Assembly (NCBI GenBank): GCA_018830005.1
Contig: JAHJTE010000001.1
Coordinates: 577,332 to 641,331, forward strand
DNA: 64,000 bases
Direction of reading: 5' to 3'
DNA from: Candidatus Omnitrophota bacterium
Lineage (GTDB): Bacteria > Omnitrophota > Gorgyraeia > JAHJTE01
Part shown: positions 18,278 to 28,117 of the stretch, in pieces
Position numbering within the stretch: the first letter of the stretch is position 1
Layout of the letters: the number at the start of each line of letters is the position of its first letter
The notes under the pieces: model-generated
What the model saw: the letters and a program-made list of their open reading frames with translations, nothing else
Database searches by the model: none
What the model was told of the DNA's origin: nothing
Made by a program: the position numbers and the translations under genes

Positions 18278-18610
18278 ATGAAGCTCCCGGAAGAAGGAAC
18301 GTTATTGCGTATATTTTTTGGAGAATCTGATAAGCATAATCGAAAACCGCTTTATGAAGTGATTGTGACAAAAGCCCGGGAGTTGGGCCTTGCCGGTGCC
18401 ACTGTTTTCAGGGGGATTATGGGCTTTGGCGCGGATAGCCGTATGCACAGCGCCAAGATATTGAGATTATCGGGCGATCTTCCTGTTGTGGTTGAAATTG
18501 TCGACACGGAGGAAAACATCGGCAAACTCTTGCCTTTTCTTGATGAGGCTGTGCAGGAAGGTTTAATCACCATGGAAAAAGTGAGAGTCATAAAATACCG
18601 GCACAAGTAG
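18278..18610 (+). CDS. DUF190 (PII-like) protein, usual crcB neighbour
   Basis: LRIFFGESD, GLAGATVFRGIMGFG, LSGDLPVVVEIVD. Confidence 0.9.
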   Translation: MKLPEEGTLLRIFFGESDKHNRKPLYEVIVTKARELGLAGATVFRGIMGFGADSRMHSAKILRLSGDLPVVVEIVDTEENIGKLLPFLDEAVQEGLITMEKVRVIKYRHK

Positions 18611-18627
18611 AGGGATAACGGATTAAA

Positions 18628-19110
18628 ATGAAGAAATCTATTACAATTAAACCAATAGGGATGATCAATACGCCCTACAAAGAATCAAAGGGAATACCTA
18701 TTCAGGGTAAGTTTAAAAGGGGAGTTTCCGGCACTGCCAGAATATTTCCTGAATATAAAGCGGGCTTAAAGGATATCGAAGGTTTTTCGCATGTTATCTT
18801 GATCTATCATTTTAACCGCTCGAAAGAGGAAAAGCTCACTGGCAAACCTTTTCTTGAGGATACAGAACACGGCATATTCGCGATACGCAGTCCGCACCGG
18901 CCGAACCATATCGGTTTTTCGATAGTTAAACTGGAAAGCGTCAAAGACTGCATCATTACTTTTTCGGAAGTCGATATTTTGGACGGCACACCTTTGTTGG
19001 ATATCAAGCCTTATGTTTCACATTTTGACTCAAGAAAGAATGTGAAAAACGGCTGGCTCGAGAAACATTTTGAAAGCGGCGAGATCCCAAAGCGAGTAAA
19101 GTTGGAATAA
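18628..19110 (+). CDS. tsaA: TsaA/TrmO-like tRNA methyltransferase domain protein
   Basis: GIFAIRSPHRPNHIG, DILDGTPLLDIKPY. Confidence 0.85.
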   Translation: MKKSITIKPIGMINTPYKESKGIPIQGKFKRGVSGTARIFPEYKAGLKDIEGFSHVILIYHFNRSKEEKLTGKPFLEDTEHGIFAIRSPHRPNHIGFSIVKLESVKDCIITFSEVDILDGTPLLDIKPYVSHFDSRKNVKNGWLEKHFESGEIPKRVKLE

Positions 19111-19130
19111 TTGAAGCATAGGGAGTAAAA

Positions 19131-19158
19131 TTCACAAAAAAGTCACATAACTGTAACG
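19131..19158 (+). promoter_or_regulatory. Pho-box-like direct repeats upstream of phoB
   Basis: TTCAC (19131), GTCAC (19142), GTAAC (19153) at 11-bp period. Confidence 0.7.
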
Positions 19159-19235
19159 CGGATTTCATTTATATTTTCTAAACTATTATCAATTGAGAGC
19201 GTTATGTGACTATAACCATTTAAGGAGAGATAAAA

Positions 19236-19925
19236 GTGGCTGGACAAAAAATTCTCGTAGTTGAGGATGATAAGCATATTTCCAAGCTTGTTAAATATAA
19301 TTTAGAAAAGGCAGGTTTTGATTGCATTGTTACCGTAACCGGTGAGGATGCCTTGGAAGCCTTGGACCGGGAGTCAGTTGATTTGATAATACTAGATATC
19401 ATGTTGCCTAAAATGGACGGCTTTGAAACATGTAGGCACATTAAGCAGGATAAAAAGTTGTCAGGCATTCCCATTATAATGCTTACGGCAAAAGGTGAAG
19501 AGGTAGATAAGGTGGTTGGTTTTGAGCTTGGGGCAGACGACTATGTTGTAAAACCTTTTAGCCCCAGAGAGCTTATCCTTCGCGTAAAAGCGATCTTAAA
19601 ACGTGGGAAGCCCAAGGAAGAAGAAAAAGATATCTTAAGCGTTGATAAACTAACAATAGATATCCCGCGGCATAAAGTGACTGTTGATAAAAAAGAGATA
19701 AAGCTAACTCAGCTTGAATTTAAGCTGTTAGTCACCCTTATTAAAAGGCGGGGCCGGGTTCAATCAAGAGATGCGTTGCTTGAAGATGTTTGGGATATCG
19801 CTTCCGATGTTACCACACGTACCATAGACACGCATATAAAGCGCCTAAGAGAAAAATTGGGTAAGTCAGGAAAGTTAATTGAAACAGTAAGAGGTATCGG
19901 CTATAGATTCAACGAGGGAGATTAG
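19236..19925 (+). CDS. phoB: OmpR/PhoB-family response regulator
   Basis: Receiver + winged helix (RTIDTHIKRLREKL, ETVRGIGY); followed by phoR and pst genes. Confidence 0.9.
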   Translation: MAGQKILVVEDDKHISKLVKYNLEKAGFDCIVTVTGEDALEALDRESVDLIILDIMLPKMDGFETCRHIKQDKKLSGIPIIMLTAKGEEVDKVVGFELGADDYVVKPFSPRELILRVKAILKRGKPKEEEKDILSVDKLTIDIPRHKVTVDKKEIKLTQLEFKLLVTLIKRRGRVQSRDALLEDVWDIASDVTTRTIDTHIKRLREKLGKSGKLIETVRGIGYRFNEGD

Positions 19926-19927
19926 AT

Positions 19928-21700
19928 TTGAGAATAAACATCCAACATAAAATTGCCCTTATTTTTATAATAATCAGTGCGATTATTCTTTTAGGCGTAT
20001 TCTTTTACCTAAGTAATAATCTGAAAGGCTATACCTATAACAGAATAAAAAGTAATGTATCTAAACAGATTGCATTATGTAAATCTTATTTATCCGATAT
20101 CCCTTTGAAGGATATTGCTTCATACGATCTAGATGAAATAGCTGATAAAATAGGCCGTGATTTAGATCTGCGAGTTACCATTATTGGGCTTGATGGCACT
20201 GTATATGGCGATTCAGAGCTTGATGGCGACCATCTGCGAAGAGTAGAAAATCACCTCTATAGACCTGAGGTTCAACAGGCTCTTCAGTCAGGAATAGGTG
20301 AAAGCAGGCGATTCAGTACTACCATTAAAGAGGATTTTCTTTATATAGCTTCGGTATTTGATAAGAATGATACCAGGATGATTATTCGTTTATCTATCCC
20401 TCTATCTGAAATAGAGCAGTTGTTAAATCGCCTAGAACATACTCTAGGTTTTTCACTTTTAGCGGCTTTTATCCTGGCAGTATTAGTTAGCTACTTGGCT
20501 TCATATTTTATTTCCCGGCCGCTTAAAGAAATATCCTGGGCTTCACAAGACATCGCTCATGGCAATTACTCTAAGAAAATCTCCCTTTCATCAAATGACG
20601 AAATAGGAGACTTAGTCTCAGCCTTTAACTATATGTCAGAGCAAGTAAAAGCGCGCATTGAAGAAGTAAACGAAAGCAAATCCCGATTAGAAGCTGTTTT
20701 TTTAAGCATGTTTGAAGGAGTAATGGTAGTTGATGTTAGCGGTTCAATTTTGTTAATCAATAAGGCGTTAAAGACTCTTCTTAGGATTGAAGAAAATCCA
20801 TTGGAGAGAAAACCCATAGAAGTAATACGTAATTTACAGATACAAGAGATTGTCGATAATACATTGCATTCTAATAATGGGCTTATCTCGCAAGAGATAT
20901 CAACCCTTCTTCCAGAAGAGAAGGTTTTATTAGTACATGCAACTCCAATTAAGAAAGAAGGAAAGACGGAGGGTGCTGTATTAGTGTTCCATGACGTAAC
21001 AAACTTAAGAAAGCTTGAAAAAGTACGTCAAGACTTTGTGGCTAATGTATCCCATGAGCTCAGGACTCCCATATCCAGCATCAAAGGGTATGCCGAGACC
21101 TTGTTGGAAGGAGCCTTAAAGGATAAAGAAAATGCTAAGGATTTTTTAAAGATTATTCTTTCTGATTCCAACCGCCTGGCAACCTTGATAGATGATCTTT
21201 TGAATCTCTCCAAGGTAGAATCAGGTAAGCTGGCCATGGAAACAAAACCTTATAAATTACTGCCTCTCGCAGAAAAGGTTGTAGCGAGTTTAAAAGGGCA
21301 AATAGATAATAAGTCAATCGTAATAAAGATGAATATCCCTAAAGATATACCGGATATCCTCGCCGATGAAACAAGGATAAAGCAGGTTTTACTCAACCTT
21401 ATCGATAATGCTATAAAATACAATCATCCCAATGGAGAAATTTCAATAACAGCTTGCGAAATAAACAATTTCATCAAAGTCGACATTACCGATACCGGCA
21501 TTGGTATTTCCGATAAAGATTTACCGCGGCTTTTTGAGCGTTTTTATCGTGTGGATAAAGCTCGTTCCCGGGAATTAGGCGGAACAGGGCTTGGTCTTTC
21601 CATAGTTAAACATATTATCTCTGCCCATCATGGCGAAGTTTCTGTTGAAAGTATATTAGGCCAGGGCTCCACGTTTAGTTTTACCATCCCTAAGGCATAA
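19928..21700 (+). CDS. phoR: Phosphate-regulon sensor histidine kinase
   Basis: ENH..RPE sensor, HAMP, PAS, FVANVSHELRTP, NLIDNAIKY, FYRVDKARSR, GGTGLGL. Confidence 0.9.
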   Translation: MRINIQHKIALIFIIISAIILLGVFFYLSNNLKGYTYNRIKSNVSKQIALCKSYLSDIPLKDIASYDLDEIADKIGRDLDLRVTIIGLDGTVYGDSELDGDHLRRVENHLYRPEVQQALQSGIGESRRFSTTIKEDFLYIASVFDKNDTRMIIRLSIPLSEIEQLLNRLEHTLGFSLLAAFILAVLVSYLASYFISRPLKEISWASQDIAHGNYSKKISLSSNDEIGDLVSAFNYMSEQVKARIEEVNESKSRLEAVFLSMFEGVMVVDVSGSILLINKALKTLLRIEENPLERKPIEVIRNLQIQEIVDNTLHSNNGLISQEISTLLPEEKVLLVHATPIKKEGKTEGAVLVFHDVTNLRKLEKVRQDFVANVSHELRTPISSIKGYAETLLEGALKDKENAKDFLKIILSDSNRLATLIDDLLNLSKVESGKLAMETKPYKLLPLAEKVVASLKGQIDNKSIVIKMNIPKDIPDILADETRIKQVLLNLIDNAIKYNHPNGEISITACEINNFIKVDITDTGIGISDKDLPRLFERFYRVDKARSRELGGTGLGLSIVKHIISAHHGEVSVESILGQGSTFSFTIPKA

Positions 21701-21726
21701 AGCCTTCTCTTTTCCCTCTTTTATAT

Positions 21727-21765
21727 TTCACAAACAATTCACTTGTCCTTAATCTTTTCGTCACA
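21727..21765 (+). promoter_or_regulatory. Pho-box-like array upstream of the porin operon
   Basis: TTCAC 21727, TTCAC 21738, TTAAT 21749, GTCAC 21760 (11-bp period). Confidence 0.7.
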
Positions 21766-21946
21766 GGCGTATTATATACTTTTGCTTGAAGAAAGGGAAA
21801 AAGGACAAATGAATGTCATTCTATGGTTATTAATTTTAATCTGTTTTGCTTCGATGGGGTATCTTTATTATCGCTTTTGCCAGAATACCGCCGCCGAGTT
21901 TTTGAATAGATTAAAAAATCAAAAGCAAAAGGAGGTGAGAAACTAA

Positions 21947-22147
21947 ATGCAAGGGGTGGTAAAAACTATGTCAAGCCTGCAAAGTGATTTTGTTGCGAGT
22001 TCTCTGCGTTCGCAACTCGTTACTCTACAGAACATATTGAATGACATCGAAAGTTCGCAAAGCATCGAAGATGTTTATGTGGAAGGATCATTGAGGCGTG
22101 TAGAAAAAGAACTTTGCCGACTTAGGAAATTTTTTAGTAGCAATTAA
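21947..22147 (+). CDS. Small hypothetical protein
   Basis: GGAGGTG RBS upstream; helical 66-aa ORF inside the Pho cluster. Confidence 0.5.
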   Translation: MQGVVKTMSSLQSDFVASSLRSQLVTLQNILNDIESSQSIEDVYVEGSLRRVEKELCRLRKFFSSN

Positions 22148-22163
22148 AAAGGAGGGTTTAAAA

Positions 22164-23396
22164 ATGAGGAAGATTTCTTTTGTTATGATTGTTGGAATGT
22201 TGCTGAGCTTATTCAGTTCACAACAGCTTTATGCAGGAGAGATTGATGTTTTGGTGGATAAGTTAGTGGAAAAAGGATTCCTTACTCCTGTTGAGGCACA
22301 AATAGTTTTAGACGAAACGAAACATGAGGTTGCCAAAGAAGTAGCGAAAGGGGAATCGTACGCGCTTCCTAAGTGGGTTCAAAATATTAAATTCAAAGGA
22401 GACTTAAGGACTCGCTATCAATGGGAAAAGCAAAAAGGCAGCGAAGAACGGCACAGAGGACGTATTCGCTTTAGATTGGGATCTGAGATGAAAGTCACTG
22501 AAGGCCTTAAGGTTGCCGCAGGGCTTGCGACAGGAGGGACGGATCCTCGCTCGACAAATGAGACCTTGGATAATACCTTTGAAACGCCTGATATAAGGTT
22601 AGATTATGCTTATGCTCAATATGTGCCTGTATCATGGCTCACCCTTATGGGTGGAAAAATCAAGGGTATGCCTTTCTGGACGCCATCTGATCTTTTATGG
22701 GATTCTGATATTAATCCTGATGGAGCTGCCATCAACTTATATCACGGATTATCTTCAAATATAGATGGCTTCTTCAACGCAGGATTGTTTATTTTGGATG
22801 AGGCAAGCAGTGATACTTCAGATCCTTTTATGTACGTATTACAACCGGGTGTCGATATCAAGCTTAATGATGATATTAATCTAAAGACAGCCGTTGCTTA
22901 TTATGGTTTTGATAACATAAAGGGAAGCACGCTTGATCATTCAAGCGGTACAAATTCTTTGTCCGGAAGTGGCTTGCAGTACAATTATGATTCTCTTGGC
23001 GTAAGCACTGAATTAGGATTTAAGAATCCTTTAGGTATAGAAGCTTTGCCTTATTTTGCTTTGATTGGTGAATACGTAAACAACTTTGATCCTTCTAGTG
23101 ATAATGATGGTTTTTTAGTTGGTTGTGCATTTGGAGATAAGAAAGTAGGCAAAAAAGGGCAATGGCAGGGTAAGTACCTTTATAGGCGTTTAGAAAGAGA
23201 TGCTTTTCTTGATACTTTTCCAGACTCAGATTTCTATGGTGGCGAAACTAACGCAAAAGGTCACGAAGCAATATTCCAATATGGACTGCTTGATAACGTA
23301 ATATTGGGACTTGACTACTATTATTCTGAGCCTATTAAGGGAGTTACAAGGAATGAAGAGCATCTTTTCCAAACAGACATAGTATTCAAATTCTAA
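22164..23396 (+). CDS. Putative outer-membrane porin (likely phosphate-related)
   Basis: Signal peptide, LVDKLVEKG N-terminal helix, GDLRTRYQ, beta-strand pattern, C-terminal Phe. Confidence 0.8.
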   Translation: MRKISFVMIVGMLLSLFSSQQLYAGEIDVLVDKLVEKGFLTPVEAQIVLDETKHEVAKEVAKGESYALPKWVQNIKFKGDLRTRYQWEKQKGSEERHRGRIRFRLGSEMKVTEGLKVAAGLATGGTDPRSTNETLDNTFETPDIRLDYAYAQYVPVSWLTLMGGKIKGMPFWTPSDLLWDSDINPDGAAINLYHGLSSNIDGFFNAGLFILDEASSDTSDPFMYVLQPGVDIKLNDDINLKTAVAYYGFDNIKGSTLDHSSGTNSLSGSGLQYNYDSLGVSTELGFKNPLGIEALPYFALIGEYVNNFDPSSDNDGFLVGCAFGDKKVGKKGQWQGKYLYRRLERDAFLDTFPDSDFYGGETNAKGHEAIFQYGLLDNVILGLDYYYSEPIKGVTRNEEHLFQTDIVFKF

Positions 23397-23428
23397 TGGA
23401 CATGCAATCAAAATAAATTTGCAGAGAA

Positions 23429-23456
23429 TTACCATGTTTGTCACACAATTGTCACA
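23429..23456 (+). promoter_or_regulatory. Pho-box-like repeats upstream of pstS
   Basis: TTACC 23429, GTCAC 23440, GTCAC 23451 (11-bp period). Confidence 0.7.
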
Positions 23457-23495
23457 ATTAAATATTAATATATTATTGAAAAGGAGGAAAACGTC

Positions 23496-24377
23496 ATGAA
23501 GAAACATATTAGAAATTTAGTTTTGCTGGTGAGTGTATTAAGTTTCGCGGTTACTAATGTATTTGCTCAAGAAATGATTCAGGTTAAAGGGTCAGACACA
23601 TTGATCAACCTGGTGCAAAGATTATCAGAAAGTTACATGGAGGAGAACCCGGGCAAATTTATTGCCGTTACCGGAGGCGGTTCGGGGACGGGAATCGCCG
23701 CATTAATTAATGGTAAGTGCGATATCGCGAACGCATCGCGTCTTATGAAAGATAAAGAGATCGCCCAGGCTCAAGATGGCGGTATTAATCCAAAAAGAAT
23801 CGTTGTTGCGATAGACGGATTATGCGTTATCACTAACTTAAAAAACCGAACCAATAAGCTTACCGTGGATGAAGTGGGTAAGATTTTCCGTGGGGAGATT
23901 ACTAACTGGAAAGAGATAGGTGGGGATGATGTATCAATTACTCTCTATGGCAGGCAATCAAATTCAGGAACGTACGAATTCTTAAAGGACGTGGTTTTAA
24001 AGGGTGACTATTCGTCAAGAATGAGAAGGATGAATGGGAATGCCCAAATAGTTGAGGCCGTAAAACAAGATATATCGGGAATAGGTTATGTCGGCGTAGG
24101 CTATGTAAAGGAAGAAAAAGGATTAATAGTTCTTGATATTGCAGCTAGCGCAGGTGGAGAATACAGCAGTCCTCTTAACCTTAATGATGTAAAAACAGGA
24201 AAATATCCGATTACAAGGCCCTTAAATCAATACATCAATGGTACACCTAAGGGTGATGCGCGTGATTTTATTCTTTTTGAGTTGAGCGAAGAAGGGCAGA
24301 AAATAGTTGAAGAAGAAGGATTTTTTTCTCTGCCTGATGAATATAGCGAATTCAATAATAAAGCACTGGGCATATAA
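23496..24377 (+). CDS. pstS: Phosphate ABC transporter substrate-binding protein
   Basis: KGSDT, GGGSGTG, ANASR, RQSNSGT, YPITRPL. Confidence 0.95.
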   Translation: MKKHIRNLVLLVSVLSFAVTNVFAQEMIQVKGSDTLINLVQRLSESYMEENPGKFIAVTGGGSGTGIAALINGKCDIANASRLMKDKEIAQAQDGGINPKRIVVAIDGLCVITNLKNRTNKLTVDEVGKIFRGEITNWKEIGGDDVSITLYGRQSNSGTYEFLKDVVLKGDYSSRMRRMNGNAQIVEAVKQDISGIGYVGVGYVKEEKGLIVLDIAASAGGEYSSPLNLNDVKTGKYPITRPLNQYINGTPKGDARDFILFELSEEGQKIVEEEGFFSLPDEYSEFNNKALGI

Positions 24378-24397
24378 GAACACTAGAGGGAAAGAAT

Positions 24398-25276
24398 TTG
24401 ACCAATTTAAAAGAAAGAATTATCCACGGTGTTTTTCTGATTAATGGGCTATTGGTTGTGATGGTGCTTTTAGGGATCTTTGGGTTGCTTGTTTTTACCT
24501 CAATCCCAGCATTTAAAGAGATACGCATAGGAGAATTTCTATTTAGTACCAACTGGAACCCTACTTCCTATGTAAAGCCAGCCTACGGGATTGTTCCTAT
24601 GCTTGTCAGCACTTTTATGGTTACCTTGGGGGCGCTGTTTATCGCAATTCCTTTAGGTATAGGCACGGCAGCTTATTTATCGGACGTAGCCAACCAACGT
24701 GTCAGAGAAATCGCTAAACCTATTATTGAAATATTGGCAGGAATCCCTTCGGTTGTTATAGGATTTCTAGGCATTGTTTTAGTGGGTCCTTTTATTTCTA
24801 AGATATTTGGGCTACATAACGGATTAAATGCTCTTAACGGAGCAATCCTTTTAGCTGTTATGGCTCTTCCAACGATAATCAGCTTATCCGAAGACGCACT
24901 CAAAAGCGTTCCTAAAGCCTATCAGCATGCCTCATTGGCTTTAGGCGCGACACATTGGCAAACACTTGTAAAAGTGAAAATTCCTGCTGCTTTATCTGGA
25001 ATAATCGCCGCGGTGATGCTTGGAATGGGAAGAGCCATAGGTGAGACGATGACCGTTCTGATGGCAACCGGATGCGCTCCGGCTATGCCGAGAAGCTTTT
25101 TGGATTCTGTTCGCACAATGACTTCGACTATCGCTATTGAATTAGGCGAGGTGCCTTACAATACGACGCACTACTACGCGCTTTTTGGTGTGGGATTGAC
25201 TCTTTTTATTATTACTTTCTTAGTGAATATGGTTTCGGACATTATCCTACATAGACACGAGAGGCTTATGAAATGA
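24398..25276 (+). CDS. pstC: Phosphate ABC transporter permease
   Basis: LAGIPSVVIG, GMGRAIGETM. Confidence 0.95.
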   Translation: MTNLKERIIHGVFLINGLLVVMVLLGIFGLLVFTSIPAFKEIRIGEFLFSTNWNPTSYVKPAYGIVPMLVSTFMVTLGALFIAIPLGIGTAAYLSDVANQRVREIAKPIIEILAGIPSVVIGFLGIVLVGPFISKIFGLHNGLNALNGAILLAVMALPTIISLSEDALKSVPKAYQHASLALGATHWQTLVKVKIPAALSGIIAAVMLGMGRAIGETMTVLMATGCAPAMPRSFLDSVRTMTSTIAIELGEVPYNTTHYYALFGVGLTLFIITFLVNMVSDIILHRHERLMK

Positions 25277-26127
25277 ACAAAAAACACTTTAAAGAACTTA
25301 TGGGATTTATATTGCTCAAGATTTGCATAAGCATTATCGGTTTAATACTGATAATCATACTTTACGATATTATAAGTAAAGGCGCTGGAAAAATATCTTG
25401 GGAGTTCCTTACATCTATGCCCAGAAAAGGAATGACAGAAGGCGGTATATTACCTGCTATCGTAGGTACAGTTATGGTTACGGCAATTACCGCGATTCTA
25501 TCAGTCCCCTTAGGTATGGGTTGTGCCATTTATCTCAATGAATACGCTAAAGATAATAAGATAACAAGATTGATCCGAATGTCGATACGAAACCTCTCTG
25601 GGGTTCCTTCGATTGTATACGGTTTATTTGGAGTAGTACTTTTTGTGCAATTGATGCATATCGGAACATGTATCTTAGCGGCAGGGTTGACATTAGGCTT
25701 AATGACCTTGCCATGGACAATTACCGCAAGCGAAGAAGCATTAAAGAATGTGCCAAATTCATATAGAGATGGAGCATTAGCTTTGGGGGCTTCAAAATGG
25801 CAGGCTATTAGGACGAATGTTTTGCCGTATGCGATTCCCGGTATGCTTACGGGGACTATTCTAGGATTAGCTCGAGCAGCCGGAGAGACAGCTCCAATAT
25901 TATTTACCGGAGCAGCGTTTTATCTGCCTTTTCTACCAAAATCCTTGTTTACGCAGTTTATGGCGTTACCCTATCATCTTTATATAATGTCAACGCAACA
26001 CCACGCAATAGCGAAGGTAAGACCAATTGCTTATGGAACAGCACTTGTATTGATAGTATTAGTTTTTACGATGAATTTGTCAGCAATAATCCTAAGGTAT
26101 CAATTAAGGAAGCGCAGACTGGAGTAG
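25273..26127 (+). CDS. pstA: Phosphate ABC transporter permease
   Basis: LSGVPSIVYGLFG, ARAAGETAP. Confidence 0.95.
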   Translation: MNKKHFKELMGFILLKICISIIGLILIIILYDIISKGAGKISWEFLTSMPRKGMTEGGILPAIVGTVMVTAITAILSVPLGMGCAIYLNEYAKDNKITRLIRMSIRNLSGVPSIVYGLFGVVLFVQLMHIGTCILAAGLTLGLMTLPWTITASEEALKNVPNSYRDGALALGASKWQAIRTNVLPYAIPGMLTGTILGLARAAGETAPILFTGAAFYLPFLPKSLFTQFMALPYHLYIMSTQHHAIAKVRPIAYGTALVLIVLVFTMNLSAIILRYQLRKRRLE

Positions 26128-26133
26128 GAAATA

Positions 26134-26889
26134 ATGGATGTTAAGATAAAATCGGAGAATCTTAATTTTTATTACAATGAAGTACAAGCTTTAAAAGATA
26201 TTTCTATGGATATCTTGCCGAACAAAGTTGTTGGCATTATAGGGCCTTCAGGGTGCGGGAAATCCACTTTTTTACGTAGCATAAACCGTATGAATGATGT
26301 TATCTTCGGTGCCAAATCTGAAGGTAAGCTCCTGATAGATGGGAAGAATATTTATGATCCTGACGTTGATGTTGTTCAAATTAGAAGAAGAGTGGGAATG
26401 GTTTTCCAAAAGTCCAACCCATTTCCTAAAACAATTTTTGATAATGTTGCGTATGGCCTAAGAGTAAACGGAATAAAAGATAAGGAGTATGTTATCCAAA
26501 AGGTGGAAAAGAGCTTAAAAGACGCGGCCCTTTGGAATGAAGTGAAAGACAGGTTTTCCAAAAGCGCTTTTGATTTATCCGGCGGACAACAGCAGAGATT
26601 GTGTATTGCCAGAGCGTTGGCAGTCGAACCCGAAGTATTGTTGATGGATGAACCAGCTTCCGCGTTGGATCCTACAGCTACGCTGAAGATAGAAGAGCTA
26701 ATTCAAGAATTAAAAAAGAAATACACGATTATAATAGTTACTCACAATATGCAACAAGCAGCGCGCATATCTGATTATACAGCTTTCTTTATGATGGGAG
26801 AGTTGGTAGAATATGATATTACAAGCAAAATTTTTACTAAGCCATCCAAGAAAATTACCGAGGATTATATAACAGGAAGATTTGGATAA
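26134..26889 (+). CDS. pstB: Phosphate ABC transporter ATPase
   Basis: [37 protein letters not shown]. Confidence 0.95.
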   Translation: MDVKIKSENLNFYYNEVQALKDISMDILPNKVVGIIGPSGCGKSTFLRSINRMNDVIFGAKSEGKLLIDGKNIYDPDVDVVQIRRRVGMVFQKSNPFPKTIFDNVAYGLRVNGIKDKEYVIQKVEKSLKDAALWNEVKDRFSKSAFDLSGGQQQRLCIARALAVEPEVLLMDEPASALDPTATLKIEELIQELKKKYTIIIVTHNMQQAARISDYTAFFMMGELVEYDITSKIFTKPSKKITEDYITGRFG

Positions 26890-26904
26890 AAAAAAGGAGT
26901 TTTT

Positions 26905-27582
26905 ATGAAGAGACATTTTGATGAAGATTTAAAAAAATTAAATACGGATATTCTAAAAATGGCTACACTTGCGGAAGAGGCAATCTTTAAATCGATAGAG
27001 GCCTTAAAGAACAGAGATAAAGAATTGGCGCAATCCGTAATCCAGGAAGACAAAAGCGTTGATGAACTGGAATTAACCGTAGAAGAAATTGCCATTGATC
27101 TTCTGGCCTTGAAACAGCCGCTGGCACGAGATTTAAGGTTTATCACTACAGGAATGAAAATCAATGCCGAACTGGAAAGAATAGCGGATCTTGCTGTCAA
27201 TATCGCTCAGCGTGTTCTTGAACTCTCAGATAAACCGATATTGAAACCTCTTATTGATATTCCTAAACTGACCGATGTTGCAAGAAAAATGGTAAAAGAT
27301 GTTATTGATGCTTTTGTCAATAGTGATGAAACCTTAGCAAGAAAAGTAATACTTTCCGATTCGGAGGCTGATAATTTGAGGAATTTAATTCAGGAAGAGC
27401 TCATCAATGATTATATGAGTAAGGATGCTTCAACCGCTACCCGGGCAGTTCCGCTTCTTCTAATAGCCCGCCATTTAGAAAGGATTTGTGACCACGCAAC
27501 CAACATTGCTGAAGATGTTATATATATGGTTCAGGCCAAGGTCGTGAAACACCATCCGGAGAAGCTCAAAAATAATAAATAA
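26905..27582 (+). CDS. phoU: Phosphate signalling protein PhoU
   Basis: QPLARDLR, ELERIADLAVNIA, LERICDHATNIAE. Confidence 0.95.
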   Translation: MKRHFDEDLKKLNTDILKMATLAEEAIFKSIEALKNRDKELAQSVIQEDKSVDELELTVEEIAIDLLALKQPLARDLRFITTGMKINAELERIADLAVNIAQRVLELSDKPILKPLIDIPKLTDVARKMVKDVIDAFVNSDETLARKVILSDSEADNLRNLIQEELINDYMSKDASTATRAVPLLLIARHLERICDHATNIAEDVIYMVQAKVVKHHPEKLKNNK

Positions 27583-27616
27583 CAATCGTTCCGCCGATCC
27601 CAAATTTTAATTTTTA

Positions 27617-27663
27617 TTGACAATCAGATGATTGAGTTGTACAATATAGCAAATTGGCTATAT
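27617..27663 (+). promoter_or_regulatory. arsR promoter with palindromic operator
   Basis: TTGACA 27617, 17 bp, TACAAT 27640; ATATAGC-N6-GCTATAT 27644-27663. Confidence 0.75.
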
Positions 27664-27678
27664 AGAGCTGACAAAAAA

Positions 27679-28053
27679 ATGAATCATTTATTAATTAGAG
27701 ATTTAGACAAAACAGTAAAAGCCTCGGCAGACGCTAACCGTATAAGAATTCTGTGTATGTTGCAGGACAAAAAGATGTGTGTCTGCGAGATCGCTTTCGT
27801 ATTAAATATTGCCCAGCCCAGCGTGTCCAGGCATCTTAAGAAATTGAAAGCGGCGGGGTTTATCTCCAGTGAAAATGAGGGATTGTGGACGAATTATTAT
27901 TTATGCCCTCAAAACTCTTACGCGAAGAATTTTATCAGGAATTTGAATTCATGGATTATTTCCGATGAAATTATTGCTCAGGATAAAAAGAAAGCCGATA
28001 AGGCGGATAGAGAAAAGCTCTGCTGTCCGCCTGCCCCGTTAAAGAAAGAATAA
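27679..28053 (+). CDS. arsR: ArsR/SmtB-family repressor
   Basis: ADANRIRIL, MCVCEI, QPSVSRHLKKL, C-terminal CC; ATG 27679 lies downstream of the promoter. Confidence 0.9.
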   Translation: MNHLLIRDLDKTVKASADANRIRILCMLQDKKMCVCEIAFVLNIAQPSVSRHLKKLKAAGFISSENEGLWTNYYLCPQNSYAKNFIRNLNSWIISDEIIAQDKKKADKADREKLCCPPAPLKKE

Positions 28054-28077
28054 TCTCTAACGGGGTAATTTTTTTTA
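28033..28077 (+). terminator. Hairpin + T-run at the end of arsR
   Basis: GCCCCGTTA ... TAACGGGGT followed by a poly-T tract. Confidence 0.5.
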
Positions 28078-28086
28078 CCTTTTTAC

Positions 28087-28102
28087 ATAGCAAATCCGCT
28101 AT
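28087..28102 (+). promoter_or_regulatory. Second ArsR-type operator
   Basis: ATAGC-AAATCC-GCTAT, same motif as at 27646-27661. Confidence 0.65.
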
Positions 28103-28117
28103 TTAGGAGACGTTTTC

